The notes below the pieces were generated by a model, which made no database searches, was not told the DNA's origin, and saw nothing but the letters and a program-made list of their open reading frames with translations. Below, piece by piece: positions 36,465 to 45,635 of a DNA stretch of 64,000 nucleotides. This stretch comes from a phage: sequence record PX969468.1, one strand, 5' to 3'. The position numbers and the translations under genes are program-made. Numbering within the stretch: the stretch's first letter is position 1; each line of letters starts with the position of its first letter.

Positions 36465-37748
36465 TTATTCCAGCACCTCCCAAGTGTCTGGGTTAACATT
36501 TCGGACGCAGATACCGACAGGGAATTGGTAGTTATTGTCTTCTGTCCTTGCTTGATATTTGAAGGTGACAAACTTGCCGATCATTTCCTGCATTCTGTCA
36601 TAGCTACGCTCCTCGTGCGTACCTTTCATCTTCATTTTAACAACAATACCTTCCTTGTCAACACAGATAAGAACACCTTCATCATTCTTATCTTTCTCAA
36701 CGTCAATAACTTTCACCTCTGCGTCGTTGAACTTTTTCCATTTCAATGCTTCAGATGTTCGCTGACCGTACTCGTATTTACCGCAGAAATTACGCATGAT
36801 AGTACCTTCATATCCTTCGGACATGAATATACCAACAGATTCTTCGCAATGATCAACTGTGTACGCAAGCTCTGCGTCAACAACCTTGATATGGTCAAGC
36901 ATCAGAGTGGTAACGGTATCCTCTGCATCCATAAGATCCTTGCAGCGTCCAGACTCTGTTTCTGGATCCCACCACACCTTGTCGCTAGGAATATCAAAAA
37001 TGTGATACTCCAGATCGTAGCTACAGTACCCACCGTAACGCAAATCATCACGAACAGGCTCAACATCGACAGGAATATCTACCTTGTTGAAGTTTTTGTA
37101 TGTTGATAAGCCTGCCTTAATTGCGGCATGACGGCGTTTTTTATCTGCCTCATAGTCTTTATCGATCTCGGCCTGAATCTCTTCCTGTGTGCGCCACCGT
37201 TTAGCAAGAGACACTATTTTCTGCAAAGGAAGACCATGAATGTATAGTTCCCCATCAAGTTGTTTAATCCCAGTGGTAGAATGGAAAGAACGAAGTTGCT
37301 CTAAAAGCTTTCCTTGAATAGGGTAGGACTTATTACCACGGGAAATAAATTTAGGCTCACCGTTTTGGAAAACAACTAGTAGACGAAGGCCATCTAACTT
37401 ACGCAAGATCCAGCAAGGTAATTTAAGTGCCTTTCCACGCTTCAGGTAGTCATGCACCAGCATGGGTAAAAGGTCAACACCCTGCTCGCAATCTTCCATA
37501 TTTTCAACATACCCCAGACGGACTTGTTTTTCCCACTTACTGATCGCTTCCAGCTCAGCCTGTTGCTCAGCTGTAGTTTCATTGGCACGACCCACGTTCT
37601 TAGGTGTGCAGATCGTCTCTTTGTATTGCAGTTTACCATCAAGCTTGCCAAACTCTACGATAACCTTATCACCATCCGTGAATACTTTCCACTGTTGGTA
37701 GCTGCCATCTTTATTCAGTGCGTACAGTGTTGTTTTGATTTGATGCAT
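36465..37748 (-). CDS. ATP-dependent DNA ligase
   Basis: Nucleotidyltransferase motifs KLDGLR (I), DGELY (III), EGYEGTIMR (IV), LKWKK (V). Confidence 0.65.
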   Translation of the reverse strand: MHQIKTTLYALNKDGSYQQWKVFTDGDKVIVEFGKLDGKLQYKETICTPKNVGRANETTAEQQAELEAISKWEKQVRLGYVENMEDCEQGVDLLPMLVHDYLKRGKALKLPCWILRKLDGLRLLVVFQNGEPKFISRGNKSYPIQGKLLEQLRSFHSTTGIKQLDGELYIHGLPLQKIVSLAKRWRTQEEIQAEIDKDYEADKKRRHAAIKAGLSTYKNFNKVDIPVDVEPVRDDLRYGGYCSYDLEYHIFDIPSDKVWWDPETESGRCKDLMDAEDTVTTLMLDHIKVVDAELAYTVDHCEESVGIFMSEGYEGTIMRNFCGKYEYGQRTSEALKWKKFNDAEVKVIDVEKDKNDEGVLICVDKEGIVVKMKMKGTHEERSYDRMQEMIGKFVTFKYQARTEDNNYQFPVGICVRNVNPDTWEVLE

Positions 37749-38017
37749 TACTCGGCCTCTTCCTTAAAAATTTTAAACATCTCTTCTTTACTCATTACCA
37801 ACCAGTCTCCCATAAAGTCAACTAACCAATCTCCCTGGTACAAGACTAGGTTACCAAACGGCTCTACAAGCTCACACATGCGACGAAGATCTCTGGTCCG
37901 AACAGGTGACGATGTAAACACACCTGTATCAATCCACCGTTGCAGATCAGATACTGATGAAGAGCTTCCGTCAAACTGGTGTGCTTCTACAGGTTTAGCA
38001 AGATTAAATAACGGCAT
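37748..38017 (-). CDS. hypothetical protein
   Basis: Track ORF. Confidence 0.45.
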   Translation of the reverse strand: MPLFNLAKPVEAHQFDGSSSSVSDLQRWIDTGVFTSSPVRTRDLRRMCELVEPFGNLVLYQGDWLVDFMGDWLVMSKEEMFKIFKEEAE

Positions 38018-38312
38018 TACAGTCCTCCTTATCTAATAGGTCTTTTATCGGGTAAACAAGCAGGTGTGGATCGTAATAATTTATAGTTTTATTCTGCCAC
38101 ACTATGAACTTAATTACAACTAAATTTACCACATCTTTATCTCCATGTAGTCCAACACACAGATTTGTCCATATTTTGTGGTTGAATACTTTGCTGTCGA
38201 TGTAGATCTTAGTGTCAAACTTATCCTCTATCCTGCCTATGAGTTTAACCAACTCTTTCATCTGATCCCCAAACACAGCATCGTTTTCAAGATCTCTAGA
38301 GTGCTTGTACAT
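38004..38312 (-). CDS. hypothetical protein
   Basis: Track ORF. Confidence 0.45.
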   Translation of the reverse strand: MYKHSRDLENDAVFGDQMKELVKLIGRIEDKFDTKIYIDSKVFNHKIWTNLCVGLHGDKDVVNLVVIKFIVWQNKTINYYDPHLLVYPIKDLLDKEDCNAVI

Positions 38313-38376
38313 AACTTTCTACCTCACTTGCATACTTTCCTAAACAAGTAAAGCCGGGATCGCCCCGGCTATGTTA

Positions 38377-39090
38377 TTAAATATATTCTGTTACATCCTT
38401 GAAGCTTGAAGGCTTCATAATCTTACCTTTACTGTCGAGGAATATGATAACTTTATTTCCGTTGTAGAATTCTTCTTTAGCAACAAAACCTTCATAGCGA
38501 CCATCAAAGCGTCGCTCAAGATCTTTAATCTCCAACTCGATGAGTTGTTCAACAGGCATATCTGCACTGGCACCGTGTGAATACCGCAGATGGTTGACGC
38601 GTGCAAACTTGCTGTCATTAGATTTTAGAACCTTCCGCATCATCCCGCACACATCACCGCGAAGCTGGAACAGCAAAGCTGTTGACAACTCTGCTAAGCG
38701 GTAAGCAGACGCTCTTTGCTTAGAGGTATTTTTCGCAGCGATCAGTGTATCATAAAATTCACCGATCTTAAACTTAAGACCTCGCGGATTATCAAACAGG
38801 TTTGACCACTTTTCATGGTTATCGTTAACAAGATAAGCGGCATAACTTGTGACAACATGAAGATCGCAGGCCTCTTTTAGGAGATGATCCCCACCATCAC
38901 CTTTCTCCAACTCTTCCAAAACCTCATTGAACTCTTCCTCAATGAAACTCAGCTGAAGTTCGAATGGTGTGTATGATTTTTTCACTTTAGCTGCTACACG
39001 GTTCCAGTTTTCCACCCAGTTGGCAGACCAAAGGTAGTTTTCAGGCTGGGACAGTTTTTCCAGGTTGTCGATCAGTTTAGTATTCAGCAT
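38377..39090 (-). CDS. hypothetical protein (possible MazG-like NTP pyrophosphohydrolase)
   Basis: Acidic helical EE..E pattern (FIEEEFNEVLEELEKGDGGDHLLKEACDL); weak. Confidence 0.35.
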   Translation of the reverse strand: MLNTKLIDNLEKLSQPENYLWSANWVENWNRVAAKVKKSYTPFELQLSFIEEEFNEVLEELEKGDGGDHLLKEACDLHVVTSYAAYLVNDNHEKWSNLFDNPRGLKFKIGEFYDTLIAAKNTSKQRASAYRLAELSTALLFQLRGDVCGMMRKVLKSNDSKFARVNHLRYSHGASADMPVEQLIELEIKDLERRFDGRYEGFVAKEEFYNGNKVIIFLDSKGKIMKPSSFKDVTEYI

Positions 39091-39104
39091 TAAAAGGCCT
39101 CCGC

Positions 39105-39866
39105 TTACAGTTCCATAAAGTTTTCTACGATGTCAATAAATGTTTTATCAGAGAAAGCGTCAACCGCCCCGTTAAACCAAACTGGGATGCCGCGATCCTC
39201 ATATTGATAAAGGTCGCTACGTGAAATGCCGCTTCCATCTGCACTCTGCGAATCATACTTGTTTACAATCAGTAGTTTTGTGCCTTTACAAGTAGCAGGA
39301 AACAATTCCCAGTTAAAATTAATAACTGTGTTAGAACAACCCACCAGAATCACCATATCATTGCTGGTAAGAGATGTCAATAGGTCATACATGTCTGTAT
39401 ACTTAGGAGCAACCTCACCGAAGAACACCACATTGGGCTTAACCCAAGTATACTTGCCTGTATCTACCTCCGTGTATCCGATATTTTTAATTACATCATT
39501 ACCTTCAGCATCTTCGTAGGTGATTTCAGGCAAATACCCGTGGACATGTAAGATATCTTCATGTTTAACACCAGCACGCTCCAGCAAATCATCTATATTG
39601 GTTGTCAGGTTGATCACACGACCAGACCAACGTGAATACCACTCAGCGATCCGGAGATGTGCAAGGTTAGGATCAACACTGCCCAGAGCTACACGCCGTG
39701 CATTGTAAAAGTCATGCACCTTATAGTAGTTCTTGGCAAAGGTGTGGATGTTACACACCTCATCGATGCTGAAATTCTCCCACATTGCAGTTTGACCAGA
39801 ACGAAAAGTTGGGATCCCAGATTCTGCGCTCAAGCCAGCACCAGAAATAACAATAAGTCGTCGCAT
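39105..39866 (-). CDS. Sir2-family NAD-dependent enzyme
   Basis: ISGAGLSAESGIPTFRSG NAD-binding signature; 253 aa. Confidence 0.65.
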   Translation of the reverse strand: MRRLIVISGAGLSAESGIPTFRSGQTAMWENFSIDEVCNIHTFAKNYYKVHDFYNARRVALGSVDPNLAHLRIAEWYSRWSGRVINLTTNIDDLLERAGVKHEDILHVHGYLPEITYEDAEGNDVIKNIGYTEVDTGKYTWVKPNVVFFGEVAPKYTDMYDLLTSLTSNDMVILVGCSNTVINFNWELFPATCKGTKLLIVNKYDSQSADGSGISRSDLYQYEDRGIPVWFNGAVDAFSDKTFIDIVENFMEL

Positions 39867-39874
39867 AAATGTCC

Positions 39875-40225
39875 TTAGTAGATGTTTTGGTTGATCTCTA
39901 TTCCAAACTTCTTGAATGAGTCAGCAGCAAGCATAAATTTACGAGCCGCTGATGGGTTAGAAGTATGCACGAAAATCTTCACGTTGTCAACTACAGGAGG
40001 CTTACCAAATACAAATTTTTCCTCCAACATAGATAGGCAATCGTACCCTTCAAATACCTCTCCAAGATCGTTGTCCATGTGCCACTCAGAAACGCGCCTG
40101 TAGAGCTTTCCCTTATCGTTAATAAAATCCATAAACTCAGAGGAATTCTTTAGCCAAATAGCATCGGGGATCCCATAATTTGACGGATCTCTCAAGTCAT
40201 CCAGCCACACGATCAACTTCTTCAT
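39875..40225 (-). CDS. hypothetical protein
   Basis: Track ORF between the Sir2-like and RNA ligase genes. Confidence 0.45.
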   Translation of the reverse strand: MKKLIVWLDDLRDPSNYGIPDAIWLKNSSEFMDFINDKGKLYRRVSEWHMDNDLGEVFEGYDCLSMLEEKFVFGKPPVVDNVKIFVHTSNPSAARKFMLAADSFKKFGIEINQNIY

Positions 40226-41157
40226 TGCATATAGTCCTCGTTGTGGAAATAGCAGTCAAGTATCTCACGGCGTTCCTGCTCTAGGAGGCAGTTCCACACA
40301 TCTTCTGTGTAATTGTTACGAATGAAGTTTACCATGCCGTAAAACTCTTCGTCAATACGTTTAAAGATATCATCATCCCAAATCTTCCAAGCTTTACCCC
40401 TCATTACGGCCTTCCGTGCCAAATAGTATGGAGACTTGATCTTCAGCTGCAGATCATAAGGGTAGTAAGGCTTACGAATCATATACCCTTCACCTCTTGT
40501 TTCTGCAGCTAATTCTTTTGCATAGCTGAACGGAATTTCACGCACAGTGTGAGGACGTTTTGCACCAAGGTATTTGGCAATCCCATCTAAAGCTGCTTCT
40601 GGTAGCATTATTCCAGAATCATTATATCTGCAACCTATCAAATATGCGCCATGATCTTCCTGAACAATATGCGGATCTGAAGGGTGACAAATTTCAAACA
40701 TGAATGTCATGTTTTCATGGCCCATAACCTTCTTGATAAGATCTAAATTACCACATTGCTCCTGGATGGTTTCCTTTGCAAGGTTACAATATGGAGAATC
40801 AAGAGACCCGGTTGTTGAAAACAATAGTTCACCTTTATGAGATGATACCACACCAAGGAATCCGTTCTTTTTCTCTACCGCCGTCACAAGTTTATTGTCA
40901 GGCAGGTTGGTGGAGTTTTCTCCCAAATTAAACACTTTTGTGAAGGGCCATGCCACAACATTTCCTTCATTACCGACAACAATGCCTCGGCACTCTAGTA
41001 AACGCGGAGACAAATGCCATAAATTGTTGTAGAATACTTTTCTGGCATATTTGTAGATCTTTAATCCAAGATCTGGGTAATATCTGCTGGTTACAAGACC
41101 TTTGTCAACCAGGTCGTCTGCATTAAAATACTTCATCATACATTCCTCATTTGTCAT
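40222..41157 (-). CDS. RNA ligase-like nucleotidyltransferase
   Basis: Putative adenylylation motif VEKKNGFLGVV (KxxG); sits next to a polynucleotide kinase and separately from the DNA ligase. Confidence 0.45.
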   Translation of the reverse strand: MTNEECMMKYFNADDLVDKGLVTSRYYPDLGLKIYKYARKVFYNNLWHLSPRLLECRGIVVGNEGNVVAWPFTKVFNLGENSTNLPDNKLVTAVEKKNGFLGVVSSHKGELLFSTTGSLDSPYCNLAKETIQEQCGNLDLIKKVMGHENMTFMFEICHPSDPHIVQEDHGAYLIGCRYNDSGIMLPEAALDGIAKYLGAKRPHTVREIPFSYAKELAAETRGEGYMIRKPYYPYDLQLKIKSPYYLARKAVMRGKAWKIWDDDIFKRIDEEFYGMVNFIRNNYTEDVWNCLLEQERREILDCYFHNEDYMQ

Positions 41158-41200
41158 TTTGTCCCTTTATTCTGCCACACAAATAACCTGGTGTCAACAC

Positions 41201-41229
41201 TTGAAATTAACAAAACAGTTAGGTATACT
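41201..41229 (+). promoter_or_regulatory. sigma70-like promoter (TTGAAA-17-TATACT)
   Basis: Hexamers at 17-bp spacing, about 30 nt upstream of the first plus-strand gene. Confidence 0.5.
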
Positions 41230-41257
41230 CTCATTAAAATTAAAACGGAGAGTTACT

Positions 41258-41668
41258 ATGTCTAAAATGCTATATATCGTGCGTGGTCTACCAGGGTCTG
41301 GCAAATCAACACTGGCAAATGCGCTATCTTTAGAAGGTCTGTATCCACATTTTGAGAACGATATGTTCTGGTACGACGATGACGGCAATTACAATTGGGA
41401 TGCAAGTAAAGTAACACTTGCAGCAAAATGGTGCAAAGATAACGTAGAAGATATGATGCGTATGGGCTACGACCGTATCGTGGTAAGTAATACGTTTACA
41501 AAAGAAAAATATGTGCAAGAATATATTGACATGGCGATCAGTCATGGATATAGTTATACCGTGATCGTGGTTGAAAACCGCCATGGTAATAAAAGCATTC
41601 ATGATGTTCCAGACAGGGTTGTGGATCGTATGGAACGCCAGCTTAAAAACTGCATTAAACTTAAATGA
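41258..41668 (+). CDS. polynucleotide kinase-like P-loop kinase (Pnk kinase domain)
   Basis: LYIVRGLPGSGKSTLANAL resembles the T4 Pnkp kinase N-terminus; GGAGAG RBS. Confidence 0.55.
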   Translation: MSKMLYIVRGLPGSGKSTLANALSLEGLYPHFENDMFWYDDDGNYNWDASKVTLAAKWCKDNVEDMMRMGYDRIVVSNTFTKEKYVQEYIDMAISHGYSYTVIVVENRHGNKSIHDVPDRVVDRMERQLKNCIKLK

Positions 41669-41675
41669 GGAATGT

Positions 41676-42230
41676 ATGAAATACTTTGTAACAAGCGACA
41701 CACACTTTCTCCACCAGCGGGTAATGGAGTTCGACTCATGTCAAAAACACAGATCTCAGTATGATCACAATCTTGACAGTATGAATGCGGGAATCATCAC
41801 CAAGTGGAACTCTGTTGTGTCACCTGCAGACACTGTGTTTCACTTGGGGGATATTGCGTGCACTAATGATAAGAATATCAACAAATTGCTTCCAGATGTT
41901 CTAAATATGTTGAACGGACATATTATTCTTGTTCGTGGTAACCATGACACAAGGACGACTGTCAGAATTATGAAAGAGTTCGGTCATGAGGTTGTAGATT
42001 ATTACGAGCTTCGCCACAACAAGAATTTGATCTGTATGAGCCATTACCAGTTTGCAAAGTGGAACAGAAAGCCTCACGGATCAGTCCAACTGTTCGGTCA
42101 TGCTCACGGAACCACACAGCAGTTGTTTGGCAGGCAGTTTGATGTCGGTTGGGATGTGTGGGGGAGACTCTTACCATTAGAAGAGGCATACCGTATTGCA
42201 ATGAGTCTTGCTATTGACAGCGGGGAGTAA
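41676..42230 (+). CDS. calcineurin-like metallophosphoesterase
   Basis: Motifs DTHF, GDI and GNHD; GAGGAA RBS. Confidence 0.6.
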   Translation: MKYFVTSDTHFLHQRVMEFDSCQKHRSQYDHNLDSMNAGIITKWNSVVSPADTVFHLGDIACTNDKNINKLLPDVLNMLNGHIILVRGNHDTRTTVRIMKEFGHEVVDYYELRHNKNLICMSHYQFAKWNRKPHGSVQLFGHAHGTTQQLFGRQFDVGWDVWGRLLPLEEAYRIAMSLAIDSGE

Positions 42231-42277
42231 TCCCTGCTATTTTAAAGAAAATTGCCACACAAGGAGAATCAGGAGAT

Positions 42278-42628
42278 ATGAAAGATGAGGATAAGCTGCT
42301 ATATCTTAAAGTCCCCCTTGAAATACTGTCTATGTCAAAAGTTTTGAATGGCACAACTGGGGAGGTTGTTGTTCTTGACTTATATGACAAGATCGTATAC
42401 TGCTACCTGCACAACTGGTATAAGCTTGGAGAAAATTCACGCTTCACACCCAGCACCAGGAAAATTGCAGCAGATGTTGGGATAAAGAAAACAAAAGCAG
42501 CAGCGTGCGTTAAAACTTTAGAATGTGCAGGAGTGGTTGAAATATCCACACAAGGGAGAGGTAAAAGATGCACATTTTCCAAAGTTTTGCCACCAGAAGA
42601 AGTTATTCGAATGTCAACAACTGGTTAG
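42278..42628 (+). CDS. helix-turn-helix DNA-binding protein (putative regulator or initiator)
   Basis: HTH-like segment RKIAADVGIKKTKAAACVKTLECAGVV; directly upstream of the iteron array. Confidence 0.45.
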   Translation: MKDEDKLLYLKVPLEILSMSKVLNGTTGEVVVLDLYDKIVYCYLHNWYKLGENSRFTPSTRKIAADVGIKKTKAAACVKTLECAGVVEISTQGRGKRCTFSKVLPPEEVIRMSTTG

Positions 42629-42700
42629 ACCAGTAAAAACTTAAACATCTGTACTATAAGGATTTGTATGTTTTATGTTCACTCTGGAGCAGAAGTTAGT

Positions 42701-42785
42701 AACTGTCCGTGATACGGACACTACTGTCCGTCACGCGGACACATCTGCCCGTAATACGGACACTAACTGTCCGTGATACGGACAC
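42701..42785 (+). repeat. Four tandem 21-bp direct repeats, each with a 15-bp palindrome GTCCGT-N3-ACGGAC (iteron/operator array)
   Basis: Repeat cores at 42705-42719, 42726-42740, 42747-42761 and 42769-42783; 21-bp period. Confidence 0.7.
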
Positions 42786-42925
42786 ATAAAGAATATAACT
42801 AAAATAACTAAATAATAAAAAATAAAAGATCTAGTACTTATGGTACTAAAGTACATATACTTAACTTATGTAGAATATACTAGATCCTAAGTACCATGTT
42901 TTAAATTTATTACTTATTATGGGTA
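42786..42925 (+). other. AT-rich block with a 9-bp inverted repeat (GATCTAGTA ... TACTAGATC); possible DNA-unwinding element
   Basis: Strongly AT-rich by eye, directly after the iterons. Confidence 0.5.
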
Positions 42926-43160
42926 GTGTCGGCCCTTCATTGGCACTCGCCTACGAGGGGCGAGATGCCGGGCCTCCATAGTGCACACAATAACAGAAGT
43001 GCATACATGCAGGACTGTTAACATGTGTGGGAACGAAGCGATAGCGCAGGCCAAAGGCCGAGCACTAATGTGGACCACCGACGAAAGCTTGCCAGCGCCG
43101 GAAGGAGTCGGTTGAGAGCCTCCCGCGCGAGTTCGGATAAAGTTTATGTGTGGAAACTGA
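42926..43160 (+). other. GC-rich ORF-free segment; candidate structured non-coding RNA
   Basis: No ORF of 60 aa or more in any frame between 42628 and 43290; abrupt rise in GC; multiple stem-forming segments. Confidence 0.35.
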
Positions 43161-43289
43161 CAAGAAGGACCCTAAATCGCTCCACAGCTATATAAACTAT
43201 ACCAAGTAAGGCAATCGCACCAGTTTGATAGAAAAGCTCGTTACAAAGCGATACAGTGAGTTTTTCTATAACTTGAAGAGGAGGCTGCT

Positions 43290-43868
43290 ATGAGTTCACG
43301 CAAAGATGCCAGTGAAAAGATTGCAAAACGTTATCAGAATGAAGAACAGATGGAGAAAACTTTCAAGTGGAAGCCAGGTTTCCAGCGTAATCATTCTAAC
43401 GCTCGTGATCGTAAGCATCCTGATAAGTGGCTAACACCGCCAAATGATGGCATGCAGGTTGGTGATGAGAAGGAGCTATCACCTGGAAAAGATGGCAACT
43501 ACATTCGCACTAAGGACGCTAGTCCAAAGGATGACAGCTATCTTGTAGATAAGGTTCTTAATGGTATTGATGTAGATGTTGACACTACACGGAACTTTTT
43601 TCTTGGGTGGTATCGCACAGGTTTTTTCGACATCAAGGCCATTCGTCGTGTTTGTGATATTAAAAAGTCTGCATATGATGACGACTCGTTACATCGCACA
43701 CTGAGACAATATTCAGAAAGATATGGTCATCCGGTTATCACTCTTGACGATGTTAACGAAGTGATGTATCATGCAGAGGTTGTTGCAGGCAGATTTGGTG
43801 ATGCATATCTTGATATCCTTTCTGCAAACGATGAGGTAATGTTGAATAAGATTTACTACGAACGTTGA
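43290..43868 (+). CDS. hypothetical protein
   Basis: Track ORF; GAGGAGG RBS. Confidence 0.55.
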   Translation: MSSRKDASEKIAKRYQNEEQMEKTFKWKPGFQRNHSNARDRKHPDKWLTPPNDGMQVGDEKELSPGKDGNYIRTKDASPKDDSYLVDKVLNGIDVDVDTTRNFFLGWYRTGFFDIKAIRRVCDIKKSAYDDDSLHRTLRQYSERYGHPVITLDDVNEVMYHAEVVAGRFGDAYLDILSANDEVMLNKIYYER

Positions 43869-43878
43869 GGAGAGCTTA

Positions 43879-44067
43879 ATGAACAATCCGGTAGCAAAGA
43901 ATTGTAATAAGTTCAACAAGTCTGCAATTCACACTGACAGGAAAAAGAGCTGGTCACCGGACATTGACGAGGAGCTGGAGAATTACTTTGAAGATCTGGT
44001 TACCAATGCAGGCGAGGTTGCGATTAAAGAATACGCAGACAGGAGGGATAAGGCCGGAATCTGTTGA
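43879..44067 (+). CDS. hypothetical protein
   Basis: Track ORF; GAGGAG RBS. Confidence 0.45.
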   Translation: MNNPVAKNCNKFNKSAIHTDRKKSWSPDIDEELENYFEDLVTNAGEVAIKEYADRRDKAGIC

Positions 44068-44143
44068 CAAAAATAATGTTACCTGATAAGATCTGCAATA
44101 TGATGTGATACAATTTTAACTTACGAGGTCTACAGGTAATGCT

Positions 44144-44386
44144 ATGTTTAAGGTTAAGCTCGTTTTCCGTTCCATGAATGAGGATTATTTAGAAGATGAA
44201 GGTGAATTTCGTGCACTAGATGATGCAATAGATTTTGCCAACGACTTAGCTTGTATGAATACGGGTTATGGTTTATGTTGTTGGGATGGTGGTGTTCAGA
44301 TTGGTGATAGCAAGATCTTCTACTTCTACCCTGAGCCCGATAACAAACAAATTAAGTATGTTTTATTTATTTGTGCTTTACAATGA
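44144..44386 (+). CDS. hypothetical protein
   Basis: Track ORF. Confidence 0.45.
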   Translation: MFKVKLVFRSMNEDYLEDEGEFRALDDAIDFANDLACMNTGYGLCCWDGGVQIGDSKIFYFYPEPDNKQIKYVLFICALQ

Positions 44387-44399
44387 GGTTGTTTTCGTG

Positions 44400-44720
44400 T
44401 ATCATGATGAATATCCAATTTAAAGATGAGTTTGATGGCTTTATCTCCGGATGCTTTGAAACAGGGTTCGGAGAAGGCTGAGTTACCCTTAGAGGGCTTG
44501 ATAGTGCACCACACTTAAAATGGTAGGGGCAGCCAGCACATGACGATGTGACCCCAGCCAACCTGTAATAAGGTCGAGCCAGAGCGCGGTAATGGGTATC
44601 TGGTAACCCACTCGTTGGGTCTTGTTGGTCCAGGACGCTGGGCAAGTCGCAGGGAACACCACCCTGCGGCGAACTTGACAATCAGTATTTGCCGTGATAA
44701 AATCCACCTATCACGTGATA
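44400..44720 (+). other. GC-rich segment upstream of the tRNA cluster; candidate stable structured RNA
   Basis: Only mutually overlapping ORFs on both strands; GC-rich with hairpins such as CAGGG-aacaccac-CCCTG. Confidence 0.35.
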
Positions 44721-44731
44721 ATGGAGGAAAC

Positions 44732-45070
44732 ATGGCGGATACAACTAAAAAGCGTCGCCGTAGAGGCAGACCTCTGAAAGAGGAGTCCAACGCCATTCAG
44801 CTAGAGAAGAACATTCTTGATATGAAGGAATCTTTTATAGCGATGGTTCCAGAAGCTCACAAAGTTTTAAGAGAGCTGATGTTGGATCCGAAAACCAAGC
44901 AAAATATTCGTCAAAGCATTGCAGAGTATGTCCTTGATAAGGCAGACCGAATGCAGGAAGAATATGATGAGATGTTTGGTGAAGAGGAAGAGGTGGTAGT
45001 AGAAGAGGCTGAAAAACCAGCACCTTTTATGCCATTTACCACAGAGATACAGCCTGTTGGCAATAGTTAA
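44732..45070 (+). CDS. small basic protein with AT-hook-like KKRRRRGRP segment
   Basis: Start moved to the ATG preceded by GGAGG. Confidence 0.5.
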   Translation: MADTTKKRRRRGRPLKEESNAIQLEKNILDMKESFIAMVPEAHKVLRELMLDPKTKQNIRQSIAEYVLDKADRMQEEYDEMFGEEEEVVVEEAEKPAPFMPFTTEIQPVGNS

Positions 45071-45079
45071 AATATTTTC

Positions 45080-45108
45080 TTGACAAACTTTGCTTAACAG
45101 TGTAATAT
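45080..45108 (+). promoter_or_regulatory. sigma70 consensus promoter upstream of the tRNA cluster (TTGACA-17-TAATAT)
   Basis: Perfect -35, 17-bp spacer, near-consensus -10; about 60 nt before the first tRNA. Confidence 0.6.
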
Positions 45109-45166
45109 TATAAACATGGTCTCCCACCTTTTCTGGCGGCTCAGGTGTAAAAGAAAGCCACCCAGT

Positions 45167-45241
45167 GCCCTGTTAGCTTAGTGGATAAAGCAGCGGCCTT
45201 CTAAGCCGTTGACACTGGTTCGAGTCCAGTACGGGGTGCCA
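45167..45241 (+). tRNA. tRNA-Arg (anticodon TCT)
   Basis: Cloverleaf folded by eye: 7-bp acceptor stem, D-arm GCTT/AAGC, anticodon loop CTTCTAA, T-arm ACTGG-TTCGAGT-CCAGT, encoded CCA. Confidence 0.75.
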
Positions 45242-45245
45242 AATT

Positions 45246-45332
45246 GGGGAGTTATCCCGTAGAGGTAGCGGTGTAGACTGTAAATCTATTGTCATTGCGA
45301 CTCGGGTGGTTCGACTCCACCACTCCCCACCA
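45246..45332 (+). tRNA. tRNA-Tyr (anticodon GTA), type II with long variable arm
   Basis: Acceptor GGGGAGT/ACTCCCC, anticodon loop CTGTAAA, T-arm GGTGG-TTCGACT-CCACC, CCA. Confidence 0.75.
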
Positions 45333-45446
45333 AATTTATATTTTTAAATGCATAAATCATACAGATAATGACATTGATATTTATCGTCGTTTATACTAGT
45401 CACTAACTGCTCGAAAATCAGTGTCATTATCAGTGTAATTTATAAA

Positions 45447-45537
45447 GGAGGGTAGGGAGCAATGGTGCTCAAGCGGTCTTGAAAACCGTCCCGTTGAGGA
45501 TGACTCGATGATGGTTCGATTCCATTACTCTCCGCCA
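45447..45537 (+). tRNA. tRNA-Ser (anticodon TGA), type II
   Basis: Acceptor GGAGGGT/ACTCTCC, anticodon loop CTTGAAA, long variable arm, T-loop TTCGATT, CCA. Confidence 0.65.
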
Positions 45538-45635
45538 CATTGTTGACCTTGTAATTAAGCGAAAGCCGGAAGCAGAACCGGATTATCAAATGTTACAGTC
45601 GTCATCGCCGACTAGCCACATGGTCAACATATTGC

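Noticed and set aside
42701-42785. Possible CRISPR array
   Set aside because: The repeats are contiguous with no spacers and each is an internal palindrome; this is an iteron or operator pattern, not repeat-spacer architecture.
42926-43160. Assignment as RNase P RNA
   Set aside because: Only one 14-nt motif resemblance; the segment is too short and lacks other recognisable conserved regions. Kept only as a candidate structured RNA.
44326-44796. Four overlapping minus-strand ORFs (62-104 aa) and the upstream part of plus ORF 44615..45070
   Set aside because: Mutually overlapping frames on both strands inside a GC-rich segment; more consistent with structured non-coding DNA or RNA than with proteins. 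The plus gene was trimmed to the ATG at 44732 with a GGAGG RBS.
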